The notes under the pieces: generated by a model | The model's input: only the letters and a program-made list of their open reading frames with translations | What the model was told of the DNA's origin: nothing | Database searches by the model: none | In this document: positions 45,937-56,862 of the stretch, in pieces | How positions within the stretch are numbered: the first letter of the stretch is position 1 | How the letters are laid out: each line of letters begins with the position of its first letter | Translations under genes and position numbers: made by a program | Source of the DNA: Pedosphaera sp. | GTDB lineage: Bacteria > Verrucomicrobiota > Verrucomicrobiia > Limisphaerales > SIBH01 | Direction of reading: 5' to 3' | Assembly (NCBI GenBank): GCA_031414955.1 | Contig: JANOQV010000208.1 | Span: forward strand, 1 to 64,000 | Length of the DNA stretch: 64,000 nucleotides

Positions 45937-46214
45937 TGCGTGGTTTTCGGTTCAGGTGCTGTGTTCTCGCCGCCTTCGCTCTGTGCATGGTCAGGGCGGA
46001 GGCGGTCGATTTGCCGCCGAGCAAGCGGACGACGGCGCAGGATCTTTACAACGTCAAATGCGCCAAGTGCCACAAGTTCTACGACCCGGCGGCGTATTCG
46101 GAAAAGGACTGGGAGCTGTGGATGCGCAAGATGAGCCGCAAGTCGAAGCTCAAGCCGGATCAGGAAGCATTGCTGCGGCGCTACCTCGGCGAGTTTCGCG
46201 GCCAGGGCAAGTAA
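45936..46214 (+). CDS. Small c-type cytochrome
   Basis: Signal peptide; CAKCH heme motif; distal Met (WMRKM); TGATG coupling to the porin gene. Confidence 0.78.
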   Translation: MRGFRFRCCVLAAFALCMVRAEAVDLPPSKRTTAQDLYNVKCAKCHKFYDPAAYSEKDWELWMRKMSRKSKLKPDQEALLRRYLGEFRGQGK

Positions 46215-46233
46215 CCCGTCCGGCCCGCGCTGC

Positions 46234-46944
46234 TTACTGGAGCATCCGCCGCCCCAGCCGCCGCATCTTGTGCCGGGTGCGGAAGGCCTTCACTTTCACC
46301 GCCGCGATGGAGATCCCCAGCAACTGGCTGATCTCCTGCGTGGAACGACACTCGAGGTGCAACAGGACCACGATCCTTCGCTCTTGCGGCTGGAGGCGGG
46401 CCAGCATCAGGTCCACCACTTCGCGGGCATGATTCATTTCCTCCTCGCCGGCGCCGGGGGTGGAGGTTTTCTGCACGACGGCCTCGTGGTCTTCGCTCAG
46501 TTCACTCATGGACCATTCGGGCCGGATGGACTCGTGGGCGATCTGACTGAGCGAAGTGTTGACCGCGATGCGCGCCACCCAGTGCTCCAACGGTACCGCG
46601 CCGGAGAACTGGTGCAGGTGGCTGAAGATTTTCGCGAAGACGGTCTGGACCAAGTCTTCCTCGCTGGCCCAGCGCGGGAGCCGGCAGCGGACGCACTTGA
46701 GGATGATGGGTCGAAGATTGTTCACGAGGGAACAGGCCGCCTGCTCGTCGCCGCGACGCACCCGGTCGAGCAATGCGGCCTCGTCCAGCAGGCGGTCACA
46801 GAGCGTGGCTGTTTCCGTGCGCGGTTTGGAGAGGACTTCCGGCCGGCCACCCGGACGGACGGCCCGTCCGGTAACGGGGCCACGACCGTGGGCCGTTTTC
46901 GGGCTGGCACTTCTGGCCTTCAGGCCGTTCGGGGCTGTTCTCAT
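46234..46944 (-). CDS. ECF RNA polymerase sigma factor
   Basis: EEDLVQTVF..W..RIAVN region 2; STQEISQLLG.S..AVKV..FR region 4. Confidence 0.88.
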   Translation of the reverse strand: MRTAPNGLKARSASPKTAHGRGPVTGRAVRPGGRPEVLSKPRTETATLCDRLLDEAALLDRVRRGDEQAACSLVNNLRPIILKCVRCRLPRWASEEDLVQTVFAKIFSHLHQFSGAVPLEHWVARIAVNTSLSQIAHESIRPEWSMSELSEDHEAVVQKTSTPGAGEEEMNHAREVVDLMLARLQPQERRIVVLLHLECRSTQEISQLLGISIAAVKVKAFRTRHKMRRLGRRMLQ

Positions 46945-47100
46945 GAGCTTTCATCACAACATGCGCCAGGGTTCCGGGGAGTCCGCCAGAAAAAGTGCGC
47001 AAAGTTGGTTTGCGGCAGGGGATGACCTTGGGCGGGGCCGGGAACCAGCAGGGAATGGCCGGCGGCTCACGCGGGGAAGAGTGAGCCGAGGCCGTCTCCA

Positions 47101-47180
47101 TCTTTTGCCGGCAAATCTTTCCGCCCTGAAATTCCGCAGATTCCAGGAGCGATGGCAGAAAGATTTGTTGGCCGGAAAAT
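47101..47180. repeat. Imperfect inverted repeat (REP-like)
   Basis: TTTTGCCGGCAAATCTTTCCGCC ... GGCAGAAAGATTTGTTGGCCGGAAAA. Confidence 0.55.
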
Positions 47181-47231
47181 GGGAGGGGGAGTGAGGTCTT
47201 GGCACTGCACGGGTTCACCGCCCGATGTCGG

Positions 47232-50200
47232 CTAACGATTTGGCTCCACGACCACGGCCCGGTCTTCCACCGCGTCAATCTCCGCGAGCGTCGGCGCCCG
47301 AAAAATCCGCAGACCGCCCGTCCTCAACGTGGAACTGGTGCCCGCGACCAGGGCGCGTCCGTCCGGCGAAAAGGTCAGCGCCCGCAGTCCTCCGCCCAGT
47401 CGCGTGATGGTCAGCAGTTCCTGCTGTGTCGGCACGTTCCAGAACTTGAGCGTGCTGTCGTCGCTGGCCGAGGCGAGCGTCGTGCCGTCGGGCGAAAAGG
47501 CCACGGTGTAAACGCTTTGCTTGTGTCCCACCAGCGTGCCGATGAGCGCGGCGGTGGCCACATCCCAGAGGCGAATGGCGTCATCCTGGCAGGCCACGGC
47601 CAGCCATTTTCCATTGGGAGAAAAGCCCGCCGGCAGGCCGCTGGAGCCGGCGACATTGGGCGGCGGGTCCACCACCAGATTGGTGCGAAGCGAACGCGTG
47701 GAAACATCCCACAACTCGATGCCGCCTTCGCGTTGGAAAAGCGCGAGCGTGCCGCCATCGCCCGAGAACAGCGCCCGCCCTCCTTCGCTCTCGACCGTGA
47801 GGTTGGTGCCGCGGCGCACGTCCCACCAGCGCAGTCCCTCCTCGCGCCCGCCGGTGACGAGCGTCCGTCCGTCCGGCGAGAGCGCGAGGGTGTTGAACGG
47901 CTGGCCGCCGCCGTGGAGCAGATTCGTCGTGCGCGTCGCGGTGTTGAGCAGCCTGAGCGTGCCGTCGAATTGGGCCGTGGCCAGGGTCTTCAAGTCCGCG
48001 CTCAACGCCACGGTCGGCGGCGGCGGCTGCCCGCGAAAACCAGGCCCGCCAAAACCACGGGGCAAATCGAGCGGAAATTCATCCACGATGCTGCCTGCCT
48101 TGAGGTCGAGGAAGAGCACGCTGTTCTGCCGGCTCAAGGCCGCCAGCAGCGCGCTGTTGGTCGAGAACATCAGCGGCACGCGCGCGCTGGCAAATTCCTC
48201 GTCGATGGGCTGCGGTTCTGTGGGCCACAGTTTCACGCCGCCGCCTTTCGCGCCGCTCACGAGGTGCCGGCCGTCGGCCGAAAAGGCAACGGCCAGCACT
48301 TCGTTCAAATGTCCGTGCAGGGTGGCGATGCGCTGGCGTTTCTCAAAGTCCCAGAGCCGGATCGAGTAATCCATGCTGGCCGTGGCCATCGTCCGGCCGT
48401 CGGGCGAGAACACAATGCTGGTGATGCCGCCGGTGTGGGCCGGATTCTCCGCGTCGCCGGGCATCACGTCCACCTCCGCGCCCGTCGCCGCGTCCCAGAT
48501 GCCGAGCACAAACACGCCATGCTCGGAGGGGGTGTTGCGCGCGGCAATGATCCATCGACCGTCCGGCGAGAAGGCGAGGGCGCGATCGTTGCGGAATCCA
48601 AACCGGCGCAGGAACAGGTTGGTCGAACCTGCCAGCAACACCTTTTTGGTCGCATCCTTCATGTTCCAAACCATCAGCCCGGAGCCGTCCCGTGAGTCGG
48701 CGACCATGCTTCCGCCATCCGGCGAGATGCTCAGGGGCGACGTCGCCTCCGGCAAAGTCAGAACATTGGTCCAGCCCGCAGTGTCCCACACCCGCACGCC
48801 TTCCCGGCCGCCAGTGGCCAGCCGGGTCGCGTTGGAGGACAGCGTCATCGGGCTGGAACTTCCGGGCAGCGACTGGCGTTCCGTCCAGTCGGCCACGCTC
48901 ACGAGGCGGACGCCGCGGAAATCCGCCGCGAGCAACGTCTGCCCGTCGGGCAGGAAGGCCAGCGAGGACGCGCCACGCTTGAGGCTGGCCACCAGGGTTT
49001 GGTTGCGCGCGTTCCAGATGTTCACTTTGCGCTCCAGTCCCACGGCGAGGAATTCCCCTGACGGCGAGAGGGCGACGGACTGCACCGACTCGTCCTGCGC
49101 GGGGAATTCAAGATGCGCGTCGCCGCGCGTCAGTTGCCAGAGGTAACGCCAGGCAAAGCCGCGCAAGTCCGGCTCGCCGGGCTTGGGCCGGTGCTTGTTC
49201 AGCAATTGCACCGCGCGCCCGTAATTGCCGGCCTGCCGCGACTGCTCCGCGAGATTGATGTCGGCCACGTATTCGTTGAGCCGCGCCGAGGCCCGCTCGC
49301 GCTCGGCGCGCTGGCGCAGTCCGGCCTCACGGGCTTCGCCGCCCTGCGCCTGGCGTTCCGCGCGGGTCGCCCGTATGGCCAGCCAGGTGCTGATCACACT
49401 GGCGGTCAACAGCGTGAAGGTGATGACCGCCGCCGCCGCCACGGCACGTTGATGGCGGCGCAGAAGTTTCTGGAGCAGATAAACATTGCTCGGGGGACGG
49501 GCCAGCACCGTGTCGCCGTCGAGGAAGCGCTGCACATCGGCGGCGAGATCGTTGGCCGTGGCGTAACGGCGCGTGCGGTCCTTCTCCAGGCACTTCATCA
49601 CAATCCAATCCAGATCACCCCGCAGCGCATGGATCAGCCGGGGCGGCTCGGTGCGGCGGCGCTCGGCGGTGGCCGTGAGGTCGGCGCTGATCATCGTGGA
49701 GAGCCGGTTCGAGGGCCGGGCCGGCTCCTCCTCACGGATTCTTTTGCGCACGCCCTCCAGCCCGAGCGCCATCAGCTCGCGCGGATCGAAGGGCGTGGTG
49801 CCGGTGAGCACTTCGTAGAGCAGCACGCCCAACGCGTAAACGTCGCTGCGTGTGTCGATGTCGAGTCCGCTCATCTGCGCCTGTTCGGGACTCATGTAGG
49901 CCGGCGTGCCGATGAAGGACTGAAACTCGGTGAACAGCGTCTTGTCCGTGAGCCTTTGCCCGTGCGGAAGCATCTGGGTGGCCTTGGCGATGCCGAAGTC
50001 GATCACCTTGGGCACGGCCACGTCATCGTGCAGCGTGACCAAAATGTTCGAGGGCTTGATGTCGCGGTGGATGATGCCTTTCTGGTGCGCGTGCTGAATC
50101 GCCTGGCAGACCTGGATGAACAGTTGGAGGCGCTCTTCGGTGGTGAGGTTGTTCTCGTCGCAGTATTCGGTGATGCGCACGCCGCGCACCAGTTCCATGA

Positions 50201-50717
50201 CGAAGTAAGGGCGGCCGGTCTCGGTCGCCCCCGCGTCGAGCACATGCGCGATGTTCGGATGCTCCATCATGGCCAGCGCCTGCCGTTCGGCCTCGAAGCG
50301 CGCGATGACCGACTTGGTGTCCATGCCGAGCTTGATGATCTTCAGCGCCACGCGGCGACGGACCGGCTCTTCCTGTTCGGCCATGTAAACGATGCCGCAT
50401 CCGCCTTCGCCGATTTTCTGAAGCAGCTTGTAACGACCGATGCGGTCCCCGGCCTTCTCCATCGAAGCCAGCATTTCGGCCCCGATGGGGATGGTGCTGC
50501 CCGGTGTCCGGTCGAGCATGGCCGGCGTGGCGAGGAAATCACCCACCTGCTCATGCTCGCGCAGCAACTCCTCCACTTCGGCGCGCAGGTTCTCGTCGCC
50601 ACCGCAGACCGTGTTCAGGAATGCGGCGCGTTCACCCGGCGAGCGGTCGAGCACGTCCATGAACACCTCGCGCGCGCGGGGCGCGGGATTGGTCTGGGCG
50701 TCGGGCTTCATCGGCAT
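47232..50717 (-). CDS. Serine/threonine protein kinase with WD40 repeats
   Basis: [40 protein letters not shown]; many GH...FSPDG...WD repeats. Confidence 0.95.
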   Translation of the reverse strand: MPMKPDAQTNPAPRAREVFMDVLDRSPGERAAFLNTVCGGDENLRAEVEELLREHEQVGDFLATPAMLDRTPGSTIPIGAEMLASMEKAGDRIGRYKLLQKIGEGGCGIVYMAEQEEPVRRRVALKIIKLGMDTKSVIARFEAERQALAMMEHPNIAHVLDAGATETGRPYFVMELVRGVRITEYCDENNLTTEERLQLFIQVCQAIQHAHQKGIIHRDIKPSNILVTLHDDVAVPKVIDFGIAKATQMLPHGQRLTDKTLFTEFQSFIGTPAYMSPEQAQMSGLDIDTRSDVYALGVLLYEVLTGTTPFDPRELMALGLEGVRKRIREEEPARPSNRLSTMISADLTATAERRRTEPPRLIHALRGDLDWIVMKCLEKDRTRRYATANDLAADVQRFLDGDTVLARPPSNVYLLQKLLRRHQRAVAAAAVITFTLLTASVISTWLAIRATRAERQAQGGEAREAGLRQRAERERASARLNEYVADINLAEQSRQAGNYGRAVQLLNKHRPKPGEPDLRGFAWRYLWQLTRGDAHLEFPAQDESVQSVALSPSGEFLAVGLERKVNIWNARNQTLVASLKRGASSLAFLPDGQTLLAADFRGVRLVSVADWTERQSLPGSSSPMTLSSNATRLATGGREGVRVWDTAGWTNVLTLPEATSPLSISPDGGSMVADSRDGSGLMVWNMKDATKKVLLAGSTNLFLRRFGFRNDRALAFSPDGRWIIAARNTPSEHGVFVLGIWDAATGAEVDVMPGDAENPAHTGGITSIVFSPDGRTMATASMDYSIRLWDFEKRQRIATLHGHLNEVLAVAFSADGRHLVSGAKGGGVKLWPTEPQPIDEEFASARVPLMFSTNSALLAALSRQNSVLFLDLKAGSIVDEFPLDLPRGFGGPGFRGQPPPPTVALSADLKTLATAQFDGTLRLLNTATRTTNLLHGGGQPFNTLALSPDGRTLVTGGREEGLRWWDVRRGTNLTVESEGGRALFSGDGGTLALFQREGGIELWDVSTRSLRTNLVVDPPPNVAGSSGLPAGFSPNGKWLAVACQDDAIRLWDVATAALIGTLVGHKQSVYTVAFSPDGTTLASASDDSTLKFWNVPTQQELLTITRLGGGLRALTFSPDGRALVAGTSSTLRTGGLRIFRAPTLAEIDAVEDRAVVVEPNR

Positions 50718-50805
50718 TCAGTCTAACAAGCGCAAACCAAAGGGAAAGTCCGCCCCGAGAGGGCAGGGCAGGGCAGGCGCATCTAATTTCGCGGTGTTTC
50801 GCACG

Positions 50806-50915
50806 AAAACCCAATTCCCAAATAAATCCCAACGCCCCAAATTCCAAAACCAGGCGTTCGCACCCCCATGGGAGTTTGGAATTGAGAGCTTATTTGGGAT
50901 TTGGATTTTTGGTTT
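50806..50915. repeat. Inverted pair of heptamer tandem arrays
   Basis: CCAATTCCCAAATAAATCCCAA...CCAAATTCCAAA and GGGAGTTTGGAATTG...TTTGGGATTTGGATTTTTGG. Confidence 0.75.
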
Positions 50916-51095
50916 TAGCCCGTGGAACCAAACATTTTGATGCGTCGGCCCGGGGGGCAGGGGAGGCCGGAGCCAGTGCGAGCGTGTCCGGTCAAGTCGT
51001 GGCCCGGCGCGCTGAGGACAGCGACACCCGACTCACGCTGGAGTGTTTGACCGTGACGGAACGGGCCGGGACCGGAGCCGGCCGGCTTGAAGCTC

Positions 51096-52454
51096 TTACA
51101 CCTTCGGCAGCTTCCACGGCGCGCGGTATTCCTTCGTCGTCAGCTTGGCGGCCTCGGCGTCGCCCACGATCACTTCCTTGACCGGGTCCCATTGAATCTT
51201 GCGTCCGGTGCGGATGGCGATGTTGCCGAGATGACAGACGGTGGCCGAGCGGTGGCCGATGGCTACGTCGCAGACGGGAGGCTTGCGGGTCTTGATCGAG
51301 GTGAGCCAGTCCTGATGATGCTGCGTACTCTTGTGCAGACGCACATCGCCATCCTGGATCGGCGTCTCGAAAACATTCTCGGGCCACACGCGGATCACGC
51401 CGCGGTTGACGTAGAGCAGTCCCTTCTCGCCCTCGAAGATGCAGCCGGTGAAGTCGGTCTTGCCGTCGAGGATTTCCATGGCCTGCTCCTTTCGCTCGGG
51501 GATGAGCGCCGCCACCTTGGGCACCGGGCTTCGGCATTCCACCACCACGCCGTTGGCATACTTGTAAGTGATGGCGAAGGCCGACGGCACCTCGAAGCGC
51601 TTCTCGGGATCGAAGTCGCCCTGGCCCGTAATCTCGACCGGGCCGCTGTCATCCATGCCCAACGCCCACTGCGTGATGTCGAGATGATGCGCGCCCCAGT
51701 TGGTCATCTGGCCGCCGGAGTAATCCCAGAAGAAGCGGAAGAAGTAGTGGACACGCTGTTTGTTGTACGGCCGATACGGAGCCGGCCCGAGCCACATGTC
51801 ATAATTGAGTTCCGAGGGCGGCGTGCCGTCCGCCGTGAGCGGGTCTTTGGTCCAGTTCACGCCCACCAGGCCGACCAGCACGCGCTTCACTTTGCCGATG
51901 CGTCCGTTGCGCACGTATTCCGCCGCCTGGAGGAACTTGGCCTCGGAGCGCTGCTGGCTGCCGCACTGCACGATGCGTTTCGTCTTCCGCGCCGCGCGCA
52001 CCAGCGTCTTGCCTTCCTCGATGAAGAGCGTGAGCGGCTTCTCGCAATAGACATCCTTGCCTGCCAGACAGGCCTCGATGCTCGGCAAAGCGTGCCAGTG
52101 ATCCGGCGTGGCCACGAGCACGGCGTCGATGGACTTGTCCTCCAGCAATTTGCGGTAATCGGAATACACGGTGGGCTTGCGCGTGGTGGACTTCTCGACC
52201 AGCGCGGCGGCGGTGGCGGCGTGAGTCGTGTCCACATCGCACACGGCCGCCACATTCTTGATGATGGCGCGCATGTTGGCCAGGCCCTGCCCGCCGGTGC
52301 CAATGATGCCGACGCGGACCAACTCGCTCGGGTTCTGGCCGGTGGCGGCAAGGGTCTTGTTCAGGAAAATGTTGGGCAAGGCGAGGCCGGCACCGACCCC
52401 GAGCGACGTGGTGCGCAGGAACTGACGACGATTCAAAGATGTTGGGACTTTCAT
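51096..52454 (-). CDS. Tat-exported Gfo/Idh/MocA oxidoreductase
   Basis: NRRQFL; GTGGQG, ATPDHWH, YCEKP, GSQQRS, WLGPAP, DYSGGQMTNWGAHHLD. Confidence 0.92.
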   Translation of the reverse strand: MKVPTSLNRRQFLRTTSLGVGAGLALPNIFLNKTLAATGQNPSELVRVGIIGTGGQGLANMRAIIKNVAAVCDVDTTHAATAAALVEKSTTRKPTVYSDYRKLLEDKSIDAVLVATPDHWHALPSIEACLAGKDVYCEKPLTLFIEEGKTLVRAARKTKRIVQCGSQQRSEAKFLQAAEYVRNGRIGKVKRVLVGLVGVNWTKDPLTADGTPPSELNYDMWLGPAPYRPYNKQRVHYFFRFFWDYSGGQMTNWGAHHLDITQWALGMDDSGPVEITGQGDFDPEKRFEVPSAFAITYKYANGVVVECRSPVPKVAALIPERKEQAMEILDGKTDFTGCIFEGEKGLLYVNRGVIRVWPENVFETPIQDGDVRLHKSTQHHQDWLTSIKTRKPPVCDVAIGHRSATVCHLGNIAIRTGRKIQWDPVKEVIVGDAEAAKLTTKEYRAPWKLPKV

Positions 52455-52576
52455 GCGTCGGTTATCTGGCGTCGGCCGGCGGCTGTCAATCAACCGACGG
52501 TGCCGTGTTACGTGCCCCGTAAAACAGGAGCGATCAGGGCTGGCGCATCTCAATCGGCGCGCCACGAGTCTCCGAA

Positions 52577-52722
52577 ACCTCAAACCTCAAGCACCAGAAA
52601 ACCCCAAAACCCAAACCCCAAGCACCAGAGAAACCCCAAGCTCCAAACTTCAAAGCGCCCCGGAGCCTCCAGGCCATCGGGCCAGTCGGAGCCGCCACCG
52701 CTTGGATCTTGGGGTTTGGGGT
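52577..52722. repeat. Degenerate heptamer arrays, inverted arms
   Basis: AACCTCAAACCTCAAGCACCAGAAAACCCCAAAACCCAAACCCCAAG... and TTGGATCTTGGGGTTTGGG. Confidence 0.65.
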
Positions 52723-52792
52723 TGATCAGATGCGTCGGCCCTGACTTCCGCCCAGACGACCGGTTCTACCAGGCCGGAAATGGCCGCGAATG

Positions 52793-52823
52793 AAAAAGCC
52801 ACGGGCACTTTCGCACCCGTGGC
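52793..52823 (-). terminator. Intrinsic terminator after mscL
   Basis: GCCACGGG/CCCGTGGC stem with A5 on the + strand (U-tract on the - strand). Confidence 0.7.
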
Positions 52824-52883
52824 GGTCGAGTTCTCCCAGCGGCTCGACGGAGCGGCACTCCGTCGAACCGTGGGTCTGATGGA

Positions 52884-53321
52884 TTAACCGCGCTTGACCA
52901 GGGCGTCGCGGATTTCCGTGAGCAGCTTTTGATCGGCCGTAGGCCCAGGAGCGGGAGCCGGTTTGGCTTCCTCCTTCTTCCGCGAGGCGTTCATGGCCTT
53001 GATCATCAGGAAGATGATGAAGGCCAGGATGGTGAAGTTAATCGCCACGGTGATGAAGTTGCCGTAGGCGAAGACGGGGCCGAGCTTTTTCGCATCGACC
53101 AGGGCCGGCCACTGGTCGCCGATTTTTACGATCTTGTCCGAGAGCGGAAAGTAGATGTTGCTGAAGTCCGCTTTGAACGCCTTGCCGACGAGCGGCATGA
53201 TGAGGTCGTCGATGACCGAGGTGACAATCTTGCCGAAGGCACCGCCGATGATGACACCGACGGCGAGGTCCACGACGTTGCCCTTCATCGCGAACTCTTT
53301 GAACTCTTTGAGCATGCTCAT
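52884..53321 (-). CDS. mscL: Large-conductance mechanosensitive channel
   Basis: [28 protein letters not shown]...LLTEIRD. Confidence 0.97.
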   Translation of the reverse strand: MSMLKEFKEFAMKGNVVDLAVGVIIGGAFGKIVTSVIDDLIMPLVGKAFKADFSNIYFPLSDKIVKIGDQWPALVDAKKLGPVFAYGNFITVAINFTILAFIIFLMIKAMNASRKKEEAKPAPAPGPTADQKLLTEIRDALVKRG

Positions 53322-53365
53322 AATGTTTTTTTCAGGCCGGGGTTTGGTTTCGGGGTGGCGTCAAA

Positions 53366-54187
53366 TCAGAACTTCGCGCCAATGGCCGCGACCAGCTTGA
53401 GGTCGTTGTTCTTGCGGCCAGAGGCAGGCTCGTTGTCGTAATTGTCCTGAATGTAGGTGAGCAGGCTGAAGGTTTTGTTCAAGGCCGCTTCCGCGCCAAT
53501 CTCAAAGTTGATCAGGTAATTGCCAAAGCGATCGACCTGCGGCAGGAACTCGAGCGTCTGCCACATTTTCACGGAGTCGTTGAACTTGTGCTCGAAACGC
53601 TCGGCCACGCGGAGGGTGGCATACAGGTCGGTATTGGCGTCCGCGCCGCTGGTCCTTTGGAGGATCACGCCCGGGCCGACCTCGAAGCTTAGGCGTGTGT
53701 TGGGTTTTTTGATGAAATAGTAGCCAAGACCGGGGCTTAACGCGATGCGGTAGCTGATGTCGGCAATGTCGTCATGCAAGCCATCCAGCCGCACGTAGCC
53801 ATAAAGCTGCTCGTTGAAGAGCCGGTTATACTGGAAGAACGCGTGCATGAAATTGGCGTTCTTGGTCGTGGTGTCGGTCTTTTGCAGGGTGACCGGATCA
53901 CGTTTGGAGGTGGTGGTGCTTTCGCCGTAGGCGGCGTCCCCGCCAAAGGAGATTTCGTTCTGCGGGCCTTTGCGGGACATCTTGGCGGCGGCGGTGAAGA
54001 GCAGGTTCTCGCTGTTGCCACGAGTCAAGGTGAGACCGGCGGAGGCGATGCCTTCCCAGGGGGAATTGGTCTGGATAACCGGCGGAGCGGCATCGGCGGC
54101 GAGACCGGCCGGGCTGGAAACGCAAATCGCGAGGGCGACCGCGCATCCGGCGGCCAGGGTTCGGTTGAGGAACTTTAATTTTGTCAT
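53366..54187 (-). CDS. DUF481 family outer-membrane beta-barrel protein
   Basis: Signal peptide; WEG..AG.TLTRGNSE; GLGYYF; YDNEPA; terminal GAKF. Confidence 0.82.
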   Translation of the reverse strand: MTKLKFLNRTLAAGCAVALAICVSSPAGLAADAAPPVIQTNSPWEGIASAGLTLTRGNSENLLFTAAAKMSRKGPQNEISFGGDAAYGESTTTSKRDPVTLQKTDTTTKNANFMHAFFQYNRLFNEQLYGYVRLDGLHDDIADISYRIALSPGLGYYFIKKPNTRLSFEVGPGVILQRTSGADANTDLYATLRVAERFEHKFNDSVKMWQTLEFLPQVDRFGNYLINFEIGAEAALNKTFSLLTYIQDNYDNEPASGRKNNDLKLVAAIGAKF

Positions 54188-54455
54188 TTGTTTTTGTTTT
54201 TTGGTTTGGGTTGGAAAATCCAATTGGAGCCGGCCCAGTTCAACGTGAGGCCAGCCGGCTTGATTGGCTTGCGACCTTCCGAGGAGGGCAAGGACGATCA
54301 GCCGGACCAACTAAAAATCGTGAACTCAAGTGATACATTCAGGCCCTAATGCTTAGGAATTAGGGCGATTTGATACTAAGCGCGGAATCAGCACGCCAGT
54401 AAAATCTCCGCCCGAATCTGGTCGAAACCAATCTCGCCCACGCCGGACAGGGCGC

Positions 54456-54484
54456 TTGACCCTGCCAGGGTCGTTGCCTACCCT
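54456..54484 (+). promoter_or_regulatory. Sigma70-type promoter of tig
   Basis: TTGACC-N17-TACCCT; GAAAGG SD-like sequence before the GTG. Confidence 0.55.
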
Positions 54485-54566
54485 CCGCCGCTCGACTGGG
54501 CCTGACGCAGTTCCGCGACCCGGATTTCCAGCGAGTTTCTCAAATGAATCGGAAAGGTTGTTTCCT

Positions 54567-55886
54567 GTGAATGTGACCGTTGAAAATCTTGGCCCCTGCA
54601 AAAAACTGCTGCGTTTCGACATCGACGTGGCGGCGGTGAACACCGCCTTTGACGAAGTCGCGAAGGATTATCAGAAGCAGGCCTCCCTGCCTGGCTTCCG
54701 TCCCGGCAAGGCCCCCAAGGACATGGTCCTGAAGAAATACCAGACCGAGATCGAGGGCGAGGCCAAGCGCAAGCTCATGGGCGACCACTACCGCAACGCC
54801 ATCAAGGAGCACAAGATTGAGGTCGTGGGCTATCCCGACGTGGAGGAAATCCAGTTCGGCAAGGATCAGGCCATGCAGTTCGCCGCCACCATCGAGACCG
54901 CGCCGGACTTCACCCTGCCCGAATACCGCAGCCTGGACGCGAAGCGCGAGAAGCGCGCCGTGACCGACGAGGACATCGAAAAGGCGCTTAAACTCCTCGC
55001 GGACCGCGTGTCGAATTTCAACAAGGTCGAGCGCGAGGTGAAGGAAGGTGATTTCGTGGTCGTGAACTATACCGGCAGTTCCGAAGGCAAGCCGCTGGCG
55101 GAGATTGCTCCGGCGGCCAAAGGCCTGACCGAGCAGAAGGGCTTCTGGGTTGAGGTCAAACCGGACAGTTTCATCCCCGGTTTTGCGCAGCAGCTCATCG
55201 GGGCCAAGGCCGGCGACAAGCGCACGGTCAATGTGGATTTCCCCGCCGACTTCGTGACCCCGGAGCTGGCCGGCAAGAAGGGAACCTACGAGGTCGAAGT
55301 CACGGAAGTGAAGGAGAAGGTCGTGCCCGCCATCGACGATGCCTTTGCCAAGACTTACGGCGCGGACAACTCTGGCGCGCTCCGCGAAGGGGTGCGCCGT
55401 GATCTCCAGAACGAGCTGAACACCAAGCAGAGCCGCAGCGTGCGCGGACAGATCGTCAAGAAGCTCCTCGACCAGATGACGGTTGAGTTGCCCGAGACGC
55501 TCGTCTCGCAGGAGACGCGCAACGTCGTTTACCAGATCGTGCAGGAGAACCAGCAGCGCGGCATCAGCAAGGAGGCCATCGACTCGCAGAAGGATCAGAT
55601 TTACGCCGCTTCGCAAAACACCGCCCGTGAGCGCGTCAAGGCCAGCTTCGTCTTCCAGAAGATTGCCGAGAAGGAAGGCATCCGCGTGCAGCCCGAGGAA
55701 GTGAACGCCCGCATCTACACCCTCTCGCAGCAATACCAGATGGCCCCGGATAAGTTCGCCAAGGAATTGGAGAAGCGGAACGGCCTCTCTGAAATCTGGG
55801 GCCAGCTCCTGAACGAGAAGGTCATCGATTTCCTCCAGCAAAACGCGAAGATCGAGGATGTGGAGCCTACGGCAGCGCAGGCGTAA
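54567..55886 (+). CDS. tig: Trigger factor
   Basis: LPGFRPGKAP signature; FKBP-like FIPGF...G...V.FP domain. Confidence 0.95.
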   Translation: MNVTVENLGPCKKLLRFDIDVAAVNTAFDEVAKDYQKQASLPGFRPGKAPKDMVLKKYQTEIEGEAKRKLMGDHYRNAIKEHKIEVVGYPDVEEIQFGKDQAMQFAATIETAPDFTLPEYRSLDAKREKRAVTDEDIEKALKLLADRVSNFNKVEREVKEGDFVVVNYTGSSEGKPLAEIAPAAKGLTEQKGFWVEVKPDSFIPGFAQQLIGAKAGDKRTVNVDFPADFVTPELAGKKGTYEVEVTEVKEKVVPAIDDAFAKTYGADNSGALREGVRRDLQNELNTKQSRSVRGQIVKKLLDQMTVELPETLVSQETRNVVYQIVQENQQRGISKEAIDSQKDQIYAASQNTARERVKASFVFQKIAEKEGIRVQPEEVNARIYTLSQQYQMAPDKFAKELEKRNGLSEIWGQLLNEKVIDFLQQNAKIEDVEPTAAQA

Positions 55887-55910
55887 CCGTTTTTTCCTTT
55901 CACAGACTTT

Positions 55911-55938
55911 GGCGTCGGTGCGAGCCGGCGCTTTTTTT
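55911..55938 (+). terminator. Intrinsic terminator after tig
   Basis: GGCGTCGG-TGCGAG-CCGGCGC followed by T7. Confidence 0.75.
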
Positions 55939-55942
55939 CTGC

Positions 55943-56050
55943 CGGAGCGCGGGTTTTCAACCCGCAGCAACGTGAAATGTAGAGTGTTGTTTGGGAGTTC
56001 TTCGGCTCGAACCTTGCGAACCTTGCTGCGGGTTGAAAACCCGCGCTCCG
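55943..56050. repeat. Perfect 28-bp inverted REP pair
   Basis: CGGAGCGCGGGTTTTCAACCCGCAGCAA at 55943-55970 and its exact reverse complement at 56023-56050. Confidence 0.88.
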
Positions 56051-56104
56051 AGGAAAAATCTTTCTCCTTTGTCCCGCCTGGAGTCGCTGCTTCAATTTTC
56101 GCCG

Positions 56105-56809
56105 ATGCGAAACCCAATCATTGTTGCCCTGGATGTTCCGACGGCCGAGCAGGCCATCGCGCTGGCGCAAGAAGTTGCGCCCGCGGTCGGCGCGTTCAAG
56201 ATCGGTCTGGAACTGTTCACCGCCGCCGGGCCGGACATCGTGCGGAAAATCCGCGCCACCGGCGCGTCCGTGTTTCTCGATCTCAAGTTCCACGACATTC
56301 CAAACACCGTGGACAAGGCCATCGCCTCCGCCGTGCGCCTCGATGTGCAGATGATCACCATCCACACCGGCGGCGGGTTGACGATGATGCAGGCGGCGGA
56401 GGAATCCGCGCAAAAGACCGCCGACCAAGCGGGCCTGAACGCCCCGCTCATTCTCGGCGTGACCGTGCTGACCAGCATGGAGTCGAGCGACCTCGAAGGC
56501 GTGGGCGTGACGGCGGTCGTCGGCCACCAGGTCGAGCGCCTGGCGCAACTCGCCGCCCGCGCGGGCCTGCGCGGGCTAGTTTGCTCGCCGCTCGAAGTCG
56601 CAGGCTTGAAACAAATCCTTCCCGCCCACATGCAATTCGTCACTCCTGGCATCCGCACTGGTGCGGACGCGGCCGGCGATCAAAAACGCACCTTGAGTGC
56701 GAAGGAGGCCATTGAGGCTGGCTCAACCTGGCTGGTAATCGGCCGCCCGATTTACGCCGCACCGAACCCGCGCGCGGCGGCGGAGAAGATTCGCGATTCG
56801 CTTCAGTAG
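56105..56809 (+). CDS. pyrF: Orotidine-5'-phosphate decarboxylase
   Basis: IVALD, FKIGLELF, FLDLKFHDIPNTV, VTVLTS, TPGIR, DQKR, VIGRPI. Confidence 0.97.
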   Translation: MRNPIIVALDVPTAEQAIALAQEVAPAVGAFKIGLELFTAAGPDIVRKIRATGASVFLDLKFHDIPNTVDKAIASAVRLDVQMITIHTGGGLTMMQAAEESAQKTADQAGLNAPLILGVTVLTSMESSDLEGVGVTAVVGHQVERLAQLAARAGLRGLVCSPLEVAGLKQILPAHMQFVTPGIRTGADAAGDQKRTLSAKEAIEAGSTWLVIGRPIYAAPNPRAAAEKIRDSLQ

Positions 56810-56862
56810 GTAGTTCGCCTCGCGCTGCGAGGCGAGGAGTCGCAGCGCGACCCCTTCCACCT

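Noticed and set aside
54190..54566. tRNA upstream of tig
   Set aside because: No T-loop GTTCRA or cloverleaf found; the region reads as divergent promoters.
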